Shown piece after piece: positions 13,250 through 24,979 of a stretch of 64,000 bases of DNA. This DNA is from Octopus sinensis (lineage: Eukaryota): positions 104,160,001 to 104,224,000 of the forward strand of contig NC_043003.1 of assembly GCF_006345805.1 (NCBI RefSeq), read 5' to 3'. A program made the position numbers and the translations under genes. How positions within the stretch are numbered: the stretch's first letter is position 1; every line of letters starts with the position of its first letter. Below the pieces are notes generated by a model. The model was not told the DNA's origin and did no database searches. It was given only the letters and a program-made list of their open reading frames with translations.

Positions 13250-13390
13250 CGTCGTCGTCGTCGTCGTTTAACGTCCGTTCTCCATGCTAGCATGGGTTGG
13301 ACGGTTCGACCGGGGTTCTGGGAAGCCAGAAGGCTGCACCAGGCTCCAGTCTAATTTGGCAATGTTTCTACAGCTGGATGCCCTTCCAGA
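13250..13390 (-). mobile_element. Short RTE-type 3' end with (GAC)n tail
   Basis: gtcgtcgtttaacgtccgttctccatgctagcatggg...ggatgcccttcc. Confidence 0.85.
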
Positions 13391-13765
13391 CTGGAGTCCT
13401 GTTGTCAATGACCAATCATTTCTCTAAATTTCCTTCTGTTTCTGTAATGAAAATCCATTGAGTAATTTTTGCAAACAGAAGATTCATATAAGCACTGAAA
13501 TCTAATTATTTAAATTTAGGGTTCCTGTGTGAGACTTTCAGTAATTGCATGAAAATAAGTGAACAATGTAGAGAACCTTAACAGTCAACCTGTCAAACCA
13601 GTTACTCTCTGACCTTTTTCTGTTTTTCCATCAGTCACTCATGGCCTAAATATTTGTCATGAATCACTTATCAAAGTCTATTCTCAAAAGTCCCTTGTCG
13701 GTCAATAAATGCAAGAGTTGCTTTTTCACAGTCTTGTTTTCATCCCTGAAATATATTATCTGTAA

Positions 13766-14374
13766 TAAAAGGTGGCAAGCTGGCAGAAACGTTGGAATGG
13801 CGGGCGAAATGCATAGCCATATTTCATCTGCCATTACATTCTGAGTTCAAATTCCGCCGAGGTCGACTTTGCCTTTCATCCTTTCAGGGTTGATAAATTA
13901 AGTACTAGTTATGCACTGGGGTCGATATAATCGACTTAATCCACCTGTCTGTCCTTGTTTGTCTTCTCTATGTTTAGCCCCTTGTGGGTAGTAAAGAAAT
14001 ATGTATTTCGTCTGCCGCTAGGTTCTGAGTTCAAATTCTGCTGAGGTCAACTTTTCCTTTCATCCTTTCGGGGTCAATAAATTAAGTACCAGTTACGCAC
14101 TGGGGTCGATATAATCGACTTAATCCGTCTGTCTGTCCTTGTTTGTCCCCTCTATGTTTAGCCCCTTGTGGGTAGTAAAGAAATAGAAATAGGCATTTCG
14201 TCTGCCGCTATGTTGTGAGTTGAAATTCCGCTGAGGTCGACTTTACCTTTCATCCTTTCAGGGTCGATAAATTAAGTACCAGTTATGCACTGGGGTCGAT
14301 ATAATCAACTTAATCCGTTTGTCTGTCCTTGTTTGTCCCCTCTGTGTGTAGCCCCTTTGTGGGTAGTAAAAAAC
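13766..14374 (+). mobile_element. SINE trimer (one head plus three bodies) inside a 15-bp target-site duplication
   Basis: Bodies restart at 14003 and 14193. atatattatctgtaa occurs at 13751-13765 and 14375-14389. Confidence 0.9.
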
Positions 14375-14410
14375 ATATATTATCTGTAACTATATGTATA
14401 TATATATGCA

Positions 14411-14520
14411 TACATATATTTAAATAGTATCCTATACATATTCAAATAGTATCATTTACATATTTAAATAGTGTCTCAGACATATTCTATAGTGTCTTTT
14501 ACATATTTGAAATAGTAATA
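14411..14520. repeat. ~22-bp minisatellite, about 5 degenerate units
   Basis: Repeated acatatt(t/c)aaatagt(a/g)tc units. Confidence 0.7.
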
Positions 14521-15413
14521 TGTCTATCATATTTAAAACAGGTACATCATTGAAAGCCTTTTAAACTGCAATATTCATCTCGAGAAGGCATCTCTTATTG
14601 ATATATTGTGCTAAAAGCCGCAGAAACACATCAGCAGTTGATAAAAATTTTCAAGCAATTGTAGCTTTGCTAAATATATATTTCTGTTTTTTGGGGGCTT
14701 CATCAGAAGCAAGTATCCACTGAAACTTCATGCTAAGACAAAATCAACGATTGATGAAACCCAAAGAGTCAGCAATATATATTTAGCAATACCATCACCA
14801 CTGCAGGATGGTTTTTGTCTGCTACTGATAGATTTCTATGTTCTTCAAAACTATACATTTATAAGCGATGTTTTCAAGAGGCAAATGCTACAGTTTATAA
14901 GGCTTTCAGCAATGTATCTGCTTTAAGTATGATATACAGATTACTATTTTGAACTAATACTGCTTGTGTTGTTAATAATGAATTTATATTCAGTATCCTA
15001 TTCATATTCAAATAGCACCTTATTCAACTCACTGAAAGCAATTGAAACAACATTAACAGCCTGGCAAGCATTCTGCAATATTAATGAATATTCACTATTT
15101 CTCATATGTCAAGGCACAAACTCTGTTCAATCATGTTACAAATGGTTACATGTTATTGACAAGTCCCCAAAAGAGTAAAGCACATCTAATATTCCTAGGA
15201 GTCATATTGTTTCAATATATATTGTATTCTTAACACAACATGCCTATGAAGAGATTTTGTCTCAGACAGGAAAAAAAAATCCCCATCAACATACTTTTCT
15301 ACAGTGCATATTCATTTAGTGTGACACACAGATGGTTATTTTTGTGTTGTATTCAGTTCAGCCAACAATTTCACTGTGAAATAATCCTATCAATTTTCAA
15401 CTGGGTTCAAAGT

Positions 15414-15770
15414 GGGTTCAGTCCCACTGCGTGGCATCTTGGGCAAGTGTCTTCTGCTATAGCCCCGGGCCGACCAATGCCTTGTGAGTGGATTTGGTAG
15501 ATGGAAACTGAAAGAAGCCTGTCGTATATATATATATATATATGTGTGTATGTGTGTGTATGTGTTTGTGTGTCTGTGTTTGTCCCCCTCGTATTGCTTG
15601 ACAACCGATGCTAGTGTGTTTGCGTCCCCGTCACTTAGCGGTTTGGCAAAGGAGACCGATAGAATAAGTACTGGACTTACAAAGAATAAGTCCCGGGGTC
15701 GATTTCCTCGACTAAAGGCGGTGCTCCAGCATGGCCGCAGTCAAATGACTGAAACAAGTAAAAGAGAGTA
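15414..15770 (+). mobile_element. Bipartite SINE copy, 5' truncated
   Basis: gggttcagtcccactgcgtggcatcttgggcaag...gactgaaacaagtaaaagagag. Confidence 0.9.
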
Positions 15771-17254
15771 ACTACTTTTGATGGAAAAATCGTAAATGTT
15801 GACTCATATTCATAAAGAAGCCGACATGCACATTAAGAAAACATTTCAAAACTTATTCTCTTCCAGTTTCTATCATCTTTATTGATGAATTGGTTGGGTG
15901 CAGTGTCTTTGACTCAACAACATCCCTTGGCAATTAATTCATGTTTATATTGGTTTTGTTTGAGAAAATTTACTGTCTTGTTAGCTTGTATAATTTCATA
16001 AATGTGAACATTTGACCCTTAACTAATTGATGTGAACATTTAAATTTTCATCATGCATATAAATTGATTTGTGACTCACAACAGTGACAGTCCCGGTCTC
16101 TTCCTCAAAAATGTACTTGAACAATTTATATGAATTGCCTCTTGTTAATCTGTAGAATTCCAAAATTTTCACGAGCACCACAGCCTTTATAGTCACTAGT
16201 ATTGCAAATCCTCAATTTCTCTTAGCAACCACTCATATATATTGATAACATTGCTATTACTGCCTCACAAAAGAGTAGGGTTCTTTTTTTTTTTTTTTTT
16301 TTTTTTTTAGAACTAATAAATACTTCAATCCTCATTCATTTCTAATTCTCTAAAATCTTTAAATAAAACCCTCTTTGAAGCACTGCTCATATATGTGGAA
16401 CTATGTTGCTGCTATTACATACACCAACATCCAGATTATACTTAAAAAACAATGACCTATCTGACTGATTAGCAATGACTGACTCATCAATAGGCTTCAG
16501 CCCTTGGTTTACAAACATGCTTTTTCTTCTCTCTACCTCTTCTGATAACAAAACCAAGGCCTCTGAAATAGCTGATCTTCACTAGCACTGATGCCTTGAA
16601 AAGTGCACCCAGTATACTCTGTAAAGTGGTTGGCACCAGGAAGGACATCCAGCTATAGAAAGCATGCCAATATGGCATGGAGACACTGGAGTATGATGTA
16701 ATCCTTTGACTCCTCAGACCCTGTCAATCTGAGCAACCTGTACCAACACGGAAGCCAGGCATTAAATGATGTGTGTGTGTGTGTGTGTGCAGGCATGGCT
16801 GTATCATTAAGAAGTTTGCTTCCCAGTCATGAGGTTTTGGGTTCAATTCCACTGCATGGCACTTTAGGCAAGTGTCTTTTATTATATACTCTAGCCCAAG
16901 ATCAAAGTCTTGTCAGTGAATTTGGTGGATGAAAGTTGAGAAAAGCTTGTTGCATATTTATATATAAGGGGTTGGGTACTGTTCCCTTGTCTTCACATCA
17001 TGTACTGAATATAAACTAGTGTTGTTCGTTTCTCACCTCCCATGAAAAAAAAACATGTCTAGCCATGGTAAAATATTAACTTTCTCAGAAACAAGTAAGG
17101 GTTGGTGAAAGGAAGGGCATCTAGCCATAGAAAATCTGCCTCAAAAACTTTTGTCTGAACCATAAAAGCATGGAAAAGTAGACTTTAAAATAGATGATGT
17201 TGACAATGGGGACATGGTGTGAAAATTGAACTGGAATGTGGAAACGGTTAATAT

Positions 17255-17480
17255 GTTGTTGGCATCCTTTTTGTCTCGGGAGACAATGGAGTTGCACATA
17301 AAATAGTCTAGTCCGGCTTTTACATTTCATGTCCTGATACATTTCCTGCTGTGGCTGTGTAGTCCTACTGGACAAACACTCCCTCTGGCAGGTACCGCAA
17401 ATGTAGCGAAGACTGTTCCTGGCTGGTTGTAATGCCATAGTTTCTTGTTGACATCTCTTCTTGTCTTTCCATTTCTCCTC
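17255..17480 (-). mobile_element. RTE (BovB-like) LINE 3' end with C-terminal zinc finger
   Basis: YICGTCQRECLS-(frameshift)-GLHSHSRKC, followed by the tail ccattgtctcccgagacaaaaaggatgccaacaac. Confidence 0.7.
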
Positions 17481-17924
17481 TCTCTCTCTGTCACTCGTTT
17501 GTATTCCCTCTTTTACGGTACGTTGCCAATACACAATACTAATTAAATATGGAACAATAATCAGCAATGAAGACCAGAATTAAATAATTTTGGCGTAATT
17601 AAAGAGACTTTAAATTCCATTCTACTATTCTGGTAATGCCAATGATAGGTGACAGATGGGAGATTGAAAAGGACTTAGAATATAGAAGACAACAGCATAA
17701 TACGAGTAAGATGGAAAACGACAGATAGATAGAGGGATAGATTGAACAAATGGATTTCTACTTGTACGCGTATTGCAGTGTACAATTGTTAAACCTGTAA
17801 TATTAAATTGTCATCTCAATGGGTTCAGTGGTGATTATGTATTGACCAATAGTATAAAGGAGAAAGAGTTTCAGTTAAATAACCAACCCTTGGAGTACAT
17901 CTACTGCTGATAGAATTAGTCATT

Positions 17925-18610
17925 AATGATGAGAAGACCCGGCAAGCCAAATGAGACCATAACCTCGTGGCCTGTGCCTGGGGCGTAACCAGCCCACTTG
18001 TGTGTTCCTTTTCCTTCTTTGGACACTAAACTCTGCTTGCGAAGAACTGTTGAGGCAAGTGAAATCAAAATCAAAATCAAAGTGAAACTCGATGATGAGC
18101 ACGAGCACCATATGAGCGTGATCGTTGACAGAGTGGCTAACAGGCTTCTGTGCCAGTGGCACATAAAAGGCACCATTCGAGTGTGATCGTTACCAGCTTT
18201 GCCTTACTGGCACTTGTGCCCCATGCTAATAGGGTGGTAAGGGCACCATCTGAGCGTGATCGTTGCCTGAGTGGCTAACTGGCTTCCGTGCTGGTGGCAT
18301 GTAGGAGGCACCATTCGAGCGTGATCATTACCAACGTCACCTTACTGGCACCTGTGCCGGTGGCATGTGTAAAAAGATTAGAGTGAGGTCATTGCCAGTA
18401 CCGCTTGACTGGCCCCCGTGCCAGTGACATGTAAAAGTACCCACTACACTCTCAGAGTGGTTGGCGTTAGGAATGGCATCCTGCTGTAGAAACTCTGCCA
18501 GATCAAGACTGGGGCCTGGTGCAGCCATCTGGTTCGCCAGCCCACAGTCAAACCATCCAACCTATGCTAGCATGGAAAGCGGACGTTAAACGATGATGAT
18601 GATGATGCTG
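17925..18610 (+). mobile_element. RTE-type 3' end: ORF end, (AAATCA)n, A-B-A-B-C hairpin-unit array, conserved tail, (GAT)n
   Basis: The same architecture recurs at 34505-35055 and 38715-39055. Confidence 0.75.
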
Positions 18611-19060
18611 ATTGTAGTTGTAATAGTTGTTGCTTAACCTCAAGTTACTCTTTGATATAACTGACCTTTTAAAGATTATATTTTTAATGTGTTCTGTCCA
18701 AACTGAAATGATGAATTGTGACTGAAGGGTTTATTTAGTTGCTGTTTCAAGCAGGATGACTGACGCTGCAGAGGCTTCATTTTGGGGCCTGTTAGTAATC
18801 ATTATTTGTGGTAAGAGGTAGGTGATGCACTACTTTTGGTTTTGTAGTTGTCGGTTTATTAGTTGTGGAGATTGTGTTCAAATGTATATTGAGTTCAAAA
18901 TAAAACATGAGGGATTGTTTACAAGATATTTAGTTATAAGGTCGTTATTAGTTACATAAGGCAAATTACATAATCAACATTTAATGTCAAATCATCACAG
19001 ATGTGCAACTATTATATGTAATATTACTGGATTGAAAAAGTTGTCAGCATTCACCAATAA

Positions 19061-19600
19061 TCTCTATATCTATAAATGGCAAAATGTCTGTGTGTCCTTT
19101 ATAAAAATCCAGTTTTTCACGTAAAAGGCTCGCATTTTCTATGGGTTTTCTGAGGATGGTCGTGAAGATATTTTTATTTCCCCAGTCAACCCAGAAAGCC
19201 ATTAAAAAAGTCGATAAACCGACCCCTTATGCCCATAAGTTATGGGCATATCCATTCAAAATCGCTAAGATATAGAAATTTGTGTGTGGTGCGTGCATAC
19301 AGCTAGATACACCAATAGACTGCCAGCTGTTTTTTGATTGGACGGAGATAATTTTACCCTTGACAGTTGAATGCACATGTGCACTTGCAGACAGTCTGCA
19401 TGACTCAGCACATTTTTGTGTTTTGTGAAGATGCATTGTCATGTGTTTTGGCTTTCAAACGTGCACGCTTTTCTGATTTGAGAAATGCAGGGAATAATTA
19501 ACGAGTTAGACCAAGTGAATGACAAGAGAGAGGGATTTTCATGAAAGACCAAATATGCTTGACTAGCACTAGACCCGGCAACGACGGGTCATAGTGCTAG
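19061..19600 (+). mobile_element. Non-autonomous Helitron
   Basis: A|TC start, subterminal hairpin gacccg-gcaacga-cgggtc, CTAG|T end, no TSD. Related copies at 40069 and 54279. Confidence 0.85.
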
Positions 19601-19931
19601 TATGACATGTAATAGTTACACTTCTGATGATCTGACATTAAACTTTGATTGTGTAATTTCCATTATGTAACAAATACTCACCTCATGTTAATAAAAATGT
19701 ATATAAGATGGTGTAACTAAATACCTTATTAACAATCTCTCATGTTTTGCACTGTTTTCCACTTATACTCATTGTAACATTCAAAACTAAAATTTCATAA
19801 CAAAGGAAATGCAGATGGAGTTCTTAATATTGCTTATTATGTAATTGAAGGTTTAAATTGTACTCTATGTATGTATTGAGTTCAGATTTCTAATACTAAA
19901 TATGATTTATCTTCTATTTTTCTATCATTAG

Positions 19932-20065
19932 GGGTGGATATGAGAAGGCCAGTCAACATTTCCAGCCTGCTGATCTTGATGTCAATTTGAAGGGACGCAG
20001 CTTTATGGTCACTGGTGGCAGTAGTGGTGTAGGCAAATCTATTGTTGAGGACCTGGCTAAAAGAG
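19932..20065 (+). CDS. DHRS12: DHRS12-like SDR, first recovered coding exon (134 nt, phase 2 to phase 1)
   Basis: cattag acceptor and gttagt donor. Encodes GGYEKASQHFQPADLDVNLKGRSFMVTGGSSGVGKSIVEDLAKR, including the TGxxxGxG motif. It aligns by eye to human SGYESACKDF...VTGGNSGIGK. Confidence 0.93.
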
Positions 20066-21311
20066 GTTAGTTTTATTTTCCAACTTATTGCTTCTGTTTA
20101 TATTATTAGACAGGTAAATAAGGTCACTGGAATAGATTGCCTTAAAAGCACTGAATTGGGCGAAGGACACTGGATTGGATTAAAAGCACTGGAACAAGCT
20201 AAATGAATTGGATTAGGAGAATCATTAGAGCGTTGGGCTAAATGCCTTCTGTCTCTTTATATTCTAAGTCCAACTTCTGCTGAAACCGACTTTGCCCTTT
20301 ATCCCTCCAAGGTCAATAAAGTACCAGATAAAAACTGGAGTCAATGGTTTCAGCAAAACCCCTCCCTTCAAGATTGCTGGCCTTAGGTTTAAATCAGAAA
20401 GCACTTAGTTGATAGAGACCTTAATCTTTTGAGCTGTATAGTGGACCTTGCTAGTGTTGGCACCACACAAAAAGCACCCAGTACATTCTGTAAAGTAGTT
20501 GGTGTTAAGAAGTAGAAACCATGCAAAAGCAGACACTTGAGCAAAACACTTCATTTCACATTGCTCCAGTCCACACAGCTGAGTTCCAACAATAGCTGGG
20601 GATATTTACACTGCAGCTGACAAGCATCCCATTCAGTTGGGAGAATGTTCTGATCTCAGTCACTGATACACCATGCAAACCAGGTTGAACTCCAACCTTA
20701 TGAGCCCCAGGAAGCATAAGTCTAAGCCTAATTCTAATTCTAATGAAGAATGATGAAACAAGTTAACAGAGAGTCCTTGATTGACAAAAGCCACAGATCT
20801 TAGTAAACTCTCTCATAGGAAAACAAAACAAATTGCTATATTAAATGTCATGGAAAATGAAATTAATCAAGATGAAATCATTAACACACTCAGGTCTATT
20901 AGCAAATTAAGATACAGTTTAGAATCACACCATCGTATTTTTAATATTAGAAGTCTATAAATGATGGTTATTATCTGACCTCTGCACAGCTTGTTTAACA
21001 CTTAATATATTCTCTTAAATATTTATGCTTCTTATATACTAAATGTATAATGATTTTTAGATAAACCTTCATCTTTCTTAGGTTAGATTGATGGTGACCA
21101 TCCCCTCCTCCAATTAGTTTTTAATTAATGACTGGCAAGGTTTTCATCTAATTAAAGTGTACTTCTTCATTGTTATTCTTCATCTCTTGGTTTATTAAAT
21201 TTGGTACACAAACACAAACTCACACTCTCTTATACATGCACAAACTCACACAGACATGCATACACATACAAACACACACACATAAACTTCAACACAGACT
21301 CCACATATACA

Positions 21312-21342
<31 letters not shown>

Positions 21343-21667
21343 CATCATCATCATTGTTTTCACATCAATTTTCCATGCTGGCATAACTTAGACAAAACCT
21401 ATTGAAGCAAATTTTTCTAGTTGGATGCTCTTTCTGTCACCAATCCTTACTTGCATCCAAGTATGGTAATATCTCCCCTTGGTCAGATATATTTTCACAG
21501 AAGTTTAGAAATGAATGACATTGTTTGTATGACAGTAACACTTGCTTACAACTATTTTACGATGTCAAGACAAAGAGACACCAGGATGCACGCTCTCTCT
21601 CTCTCTCTCTCCCAACACTCACATGTAAGCACATATACACATGTCCATAGGCACACATGCGCATGTA

Positions 21668-21725
<58 letters not shown>

Positions 21726-21833
21726 TGTTGTATTTAGGAATGGTCATTTTGCCAGTTTAGCCAATAAAAACACACACACTATATATTTGGTGTTATTCAG
21801 CATTATTTATTTTTTACATTAATCTTAATCTTA

Positions 21834-21876
21834 TTTCGGCCAGAGTTCTTTCATCACACTCCTGTGACCTCATCAG
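21834..21876 (-). ncRNA. Hammerhead-ribozyme-like core, probably degenerate
   Basis: Minus strand reads CTGATGA-ggtc...ggcc-GAAA with a pairable helix II. Helix I partner not found. Confidence 0.35.
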
Positions 21877-22489
21877 TGGTCCTTTGCTTTCTTCTTTCTT
21901 ATTTGTGTGTCTCTCCTTACTAACGGTCAGCCATTTTGTATTCCTCTTGTATGTGTCTTCATTTGGGCATGTGTATACCTCCATGTGTGTCTATGTTTAG
22001 TTAATGTGTGTGTGTGTGGGGGGGAGTGTCTGTAATATCTGTATCTCCTGTTTATACACGTTCGTGTAATTTGTTTTTGTTTATTTTTATTTTGTTCATG
22101 TGTTTACACCTACTTATTATTATTTTTTTTATTATTATTTTTATTATTATTATTATTTTTTAAAAATCGATGCTGGTGTGATTACATCCCCGTAACTTAG
22201 CGGTTTGGCAAAAGAGACCGATAGAATAAGTACTAAGCTTACAAAGAATAAGTCCTGGGGTCGATTTGCTCAACTGAAGGTGGTGCTCCAGCATGGCCAC
22301 AGTCAAATGACAAACAAATAAACGAATATATATATATATATATATACTTTATTTAAAGCAGCAGAAAATTCAACAAAACATGTTACTCTGAGTTTCCGAA
22401 ACTCACTACTTTAAATAAAGCATATTACTCTACCACTGGTATTTGAGTACTCTCTTTTCCACCTTGTTTCACATTTATGTGTTTACTCC

Positions 22490-22553
<64 letters not shown>

Positions 22554-22664
22554 ATCCAAACAAGAAAACACAAAAAAAAACACAGCAACGCGAGGACGTG
22601 GAACAAATAAAGTATTATTGGACATATCATAGCACTCCGACGGTTAACAGAACAACCTGCTCAT

Positions 22665-22855
22665 GAAACAGAAAGAAAGAGAGAGAGTTGTGGTGAAAGA
22701 GTATAGCAGGGTTCGCCACCACCCCCTGCTGGTGCCTTGTGGAGCTTTAGACGTTTTTGCTCAATAAATGCTCGCAACACCCGGTCTGCGATTTGAAACC
22801 GCAATCCTACAACCACGATTCTGCTGCCCTAACCACTGGGCCATTGCACCTCCAC
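22665..22855 (-). mobile_element. Diverged partial tRNA(Arg)-like SINE
   Basis: Head and central gccaccaccccct segment are shared with the 4056 copy. Confidence 0.75.
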
Positions 22856-23030
22856 ACACACACATATATAGCATCTTTCTGTTCCCCACTCCATTAAATC
22901 CACCCACGAGGTTGGCCTAGGGCTATAATAGAAGACACTTGGCTAAGATGTCATGCTGTGAGACTGAACTCAAAACTGGGTGGTTGAGAAGTGAACTTTT
23001 TAACCACACGACTATGCTAGTGTATGTGTG

Positions 23031-23077
<47 letters not shown>

Positions 23078-23702
23078 CTGTCTAGAAATGATATATCAAG
23101 AGAGATAAATGCATTAAAGAGATGGTTATTTCTGGATGTTACATTATCAGCTTTTAGAAATGCACAGCCAAGTCTTGTAATTGTTACCAGAACAGTTTTA
23201 AAGAATTATATTCCACAGAAAGTTAATCTCAGTATACTCTTCCTTTTTTTTTCCTTCCCATTCTTTGGTTCTCTTGTAAAAACAAATAGCTTTGGTTTCT
23301 CCATCAAAAGATTCAAGAATTAATTTTCGTTTCCCCACTCTCTTCCTTCAGAAATCAATAACACTAATATCGTTTCATTATTTGAGAGGGAGTAGTTTAT
23401 TTATCATAGCTGACTGAGTTTTCATTTTGTGGACATAGGAATTATTGATTTTATGTTGTATTTATAGAGTCAGATCAAAGTCCTGGGTTTTCATCATTAT
23501 TCTACAATTTTAACTTGTTCATTCAAATATTTTTCATTTTTCTGGGTTTTTTTACAGTACCAAAAAAAAATGTTTGTAACAGAACAACTTACCATAATAT
23601 AATTAAATAGATTTGAACCTGCATGTTTGCCTCTATTTTACTTTTGGCCTTTCTTACAGATATTTCTCAAAACTATTGTCTTCATTAACAGCAGCAGCAG
23701 CA

Positions 23703-24072
23703 GGAGGCACAATGGCCCAATGGTTAGGGCAGTGGACTCGTGGTCGGAGGATCGCGGTTTCGATTCCCAGACTGGGCGTTGTGTGTGTTTATTGAGCAAA
23801 AACTCCTAAAACTCCACGAGGCTCCAGCAGGGGTAGTGGCGACCCCTGTTGTACTCTTTCGCTCCAACTTTCTCTCACTCTTTCTTCCTGTTTCTTGTCC
23901 CCGACTTCCTACGCAACCGCTGAGCCTGGATGCACATTCATCCATCCGTCAATGCTCTCGGTGTCGGGGGTTGACCTACTTTCTCTTCCGCGAGTCTTAC
24001 AAATAGCAAGGACCACGTTTCGGACTTCTCCCATCTTGCGAGCTCTGGGACAAAGACTGTTCGCTCAACAGC
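23703..24072 (+). mobile_element. tRNA(Arg)-like SINE, long-tail family, between (CAG)n tracts
   Basis: Near-identical to the reverse complement of 4056-4408. Confidence 0.9.
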
Positions 24073-24447
24073 ACCAGCAGCATTGTCATCATCATCATCA
24101 TCATCATCATCAACAACATTGTCATCATTTTATTTATTTGTTTATTTGTTTCGCCAGCTAGGTTTGAACAGGAGAAGGTGAACCTGATTAGCAATTAAAG
24201 TATTGAGCTTTCAAATAGTGGGATCGAGGGTTCAAGTTCATATGAAACATTGTGTTGTCCTTGTTAGTAGAGCAATTCTGTGTTAACTCAGTTTTCACCT
24301 AATTATTTGGAATGAATGTTAGACCTTTTAGAAAATTATTTGCAAGAGTCTATCATTTTATTCAATGAAAGATACTTTGAAATTAGAACTAAGAAACGGC
24401 AGTTTCCTTTCATCTTTTATGAGTATTTGAATTTTTTATGGGTTTAA

Positions 24448-24725
24448 CCCTTTTGCTATTATATTTCTTCTGAAGTACACTGACTTTGTTTTAATTAATT
24501 TTGAAAATATTGAAGAGTTTAATAAAATAACTTTGGTGGTACTCCAGCATGGCCACAGTCAAATGACTGAAACAAGTAGAAGAGTAGAAGAGAGCCATTA
24601 TTAAGATGTTGTGTGGAACATAAATGACATGAAATTTTTATGAATTTGAAATCAGTTTTAAAACAAGAAGCTTGTATTAGAAAAGGTTTGTACTGTAGGA
24701 CTAAGAGAGGTTGGTATCAAAAGGG
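24448..24725. mobile_element. piggyBac-like MITE with TTAA TSD, carrying an inserted SINE tail fragment
   Basis: TTAA|cccttttg ... caaaaggg|TTAA. Internal ctccagcatggccacagtcaaatgactgaaacaagt. Related copy at 33364. Confidence 0.75.
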
Positions 24726-24979
24726 TTAACAATCTCCAATATCATATTTTTCCATTCACATTGAACTTATATCATTTTATCTGTGATCTGCAAGACCATT
24801 ATATTTTGGGAAGCTAACCACAATTCTTTAGAATACTCCACAGAATTTGTACAGCTTTATGTCAAGAGTGTGAAACTAATATTGATAACATAATTTCATA
24901 ATTGCTGTAACTTAGATTGGTTTCAGCCATTATCAGCTTAGGCCATGACTAACTCAATAGCACCACCTGGAAAAGTCTT

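Noticed and set aside
18100-18430. CRISPR-like repeat/spacer appearance
   Set aside because: The context is eukaryotic with no cas genes. The variable parts are 6-10 nt and recur between dispersed copies. The units belong to a retroposon 3' end.
18755-18815. ATG..gtaaga mini-exon as the missing first exon
   Set aside because: It ends in phase 1 whereas phase 2 is required, and it has no similarity to the DHRS12 N-terminus.
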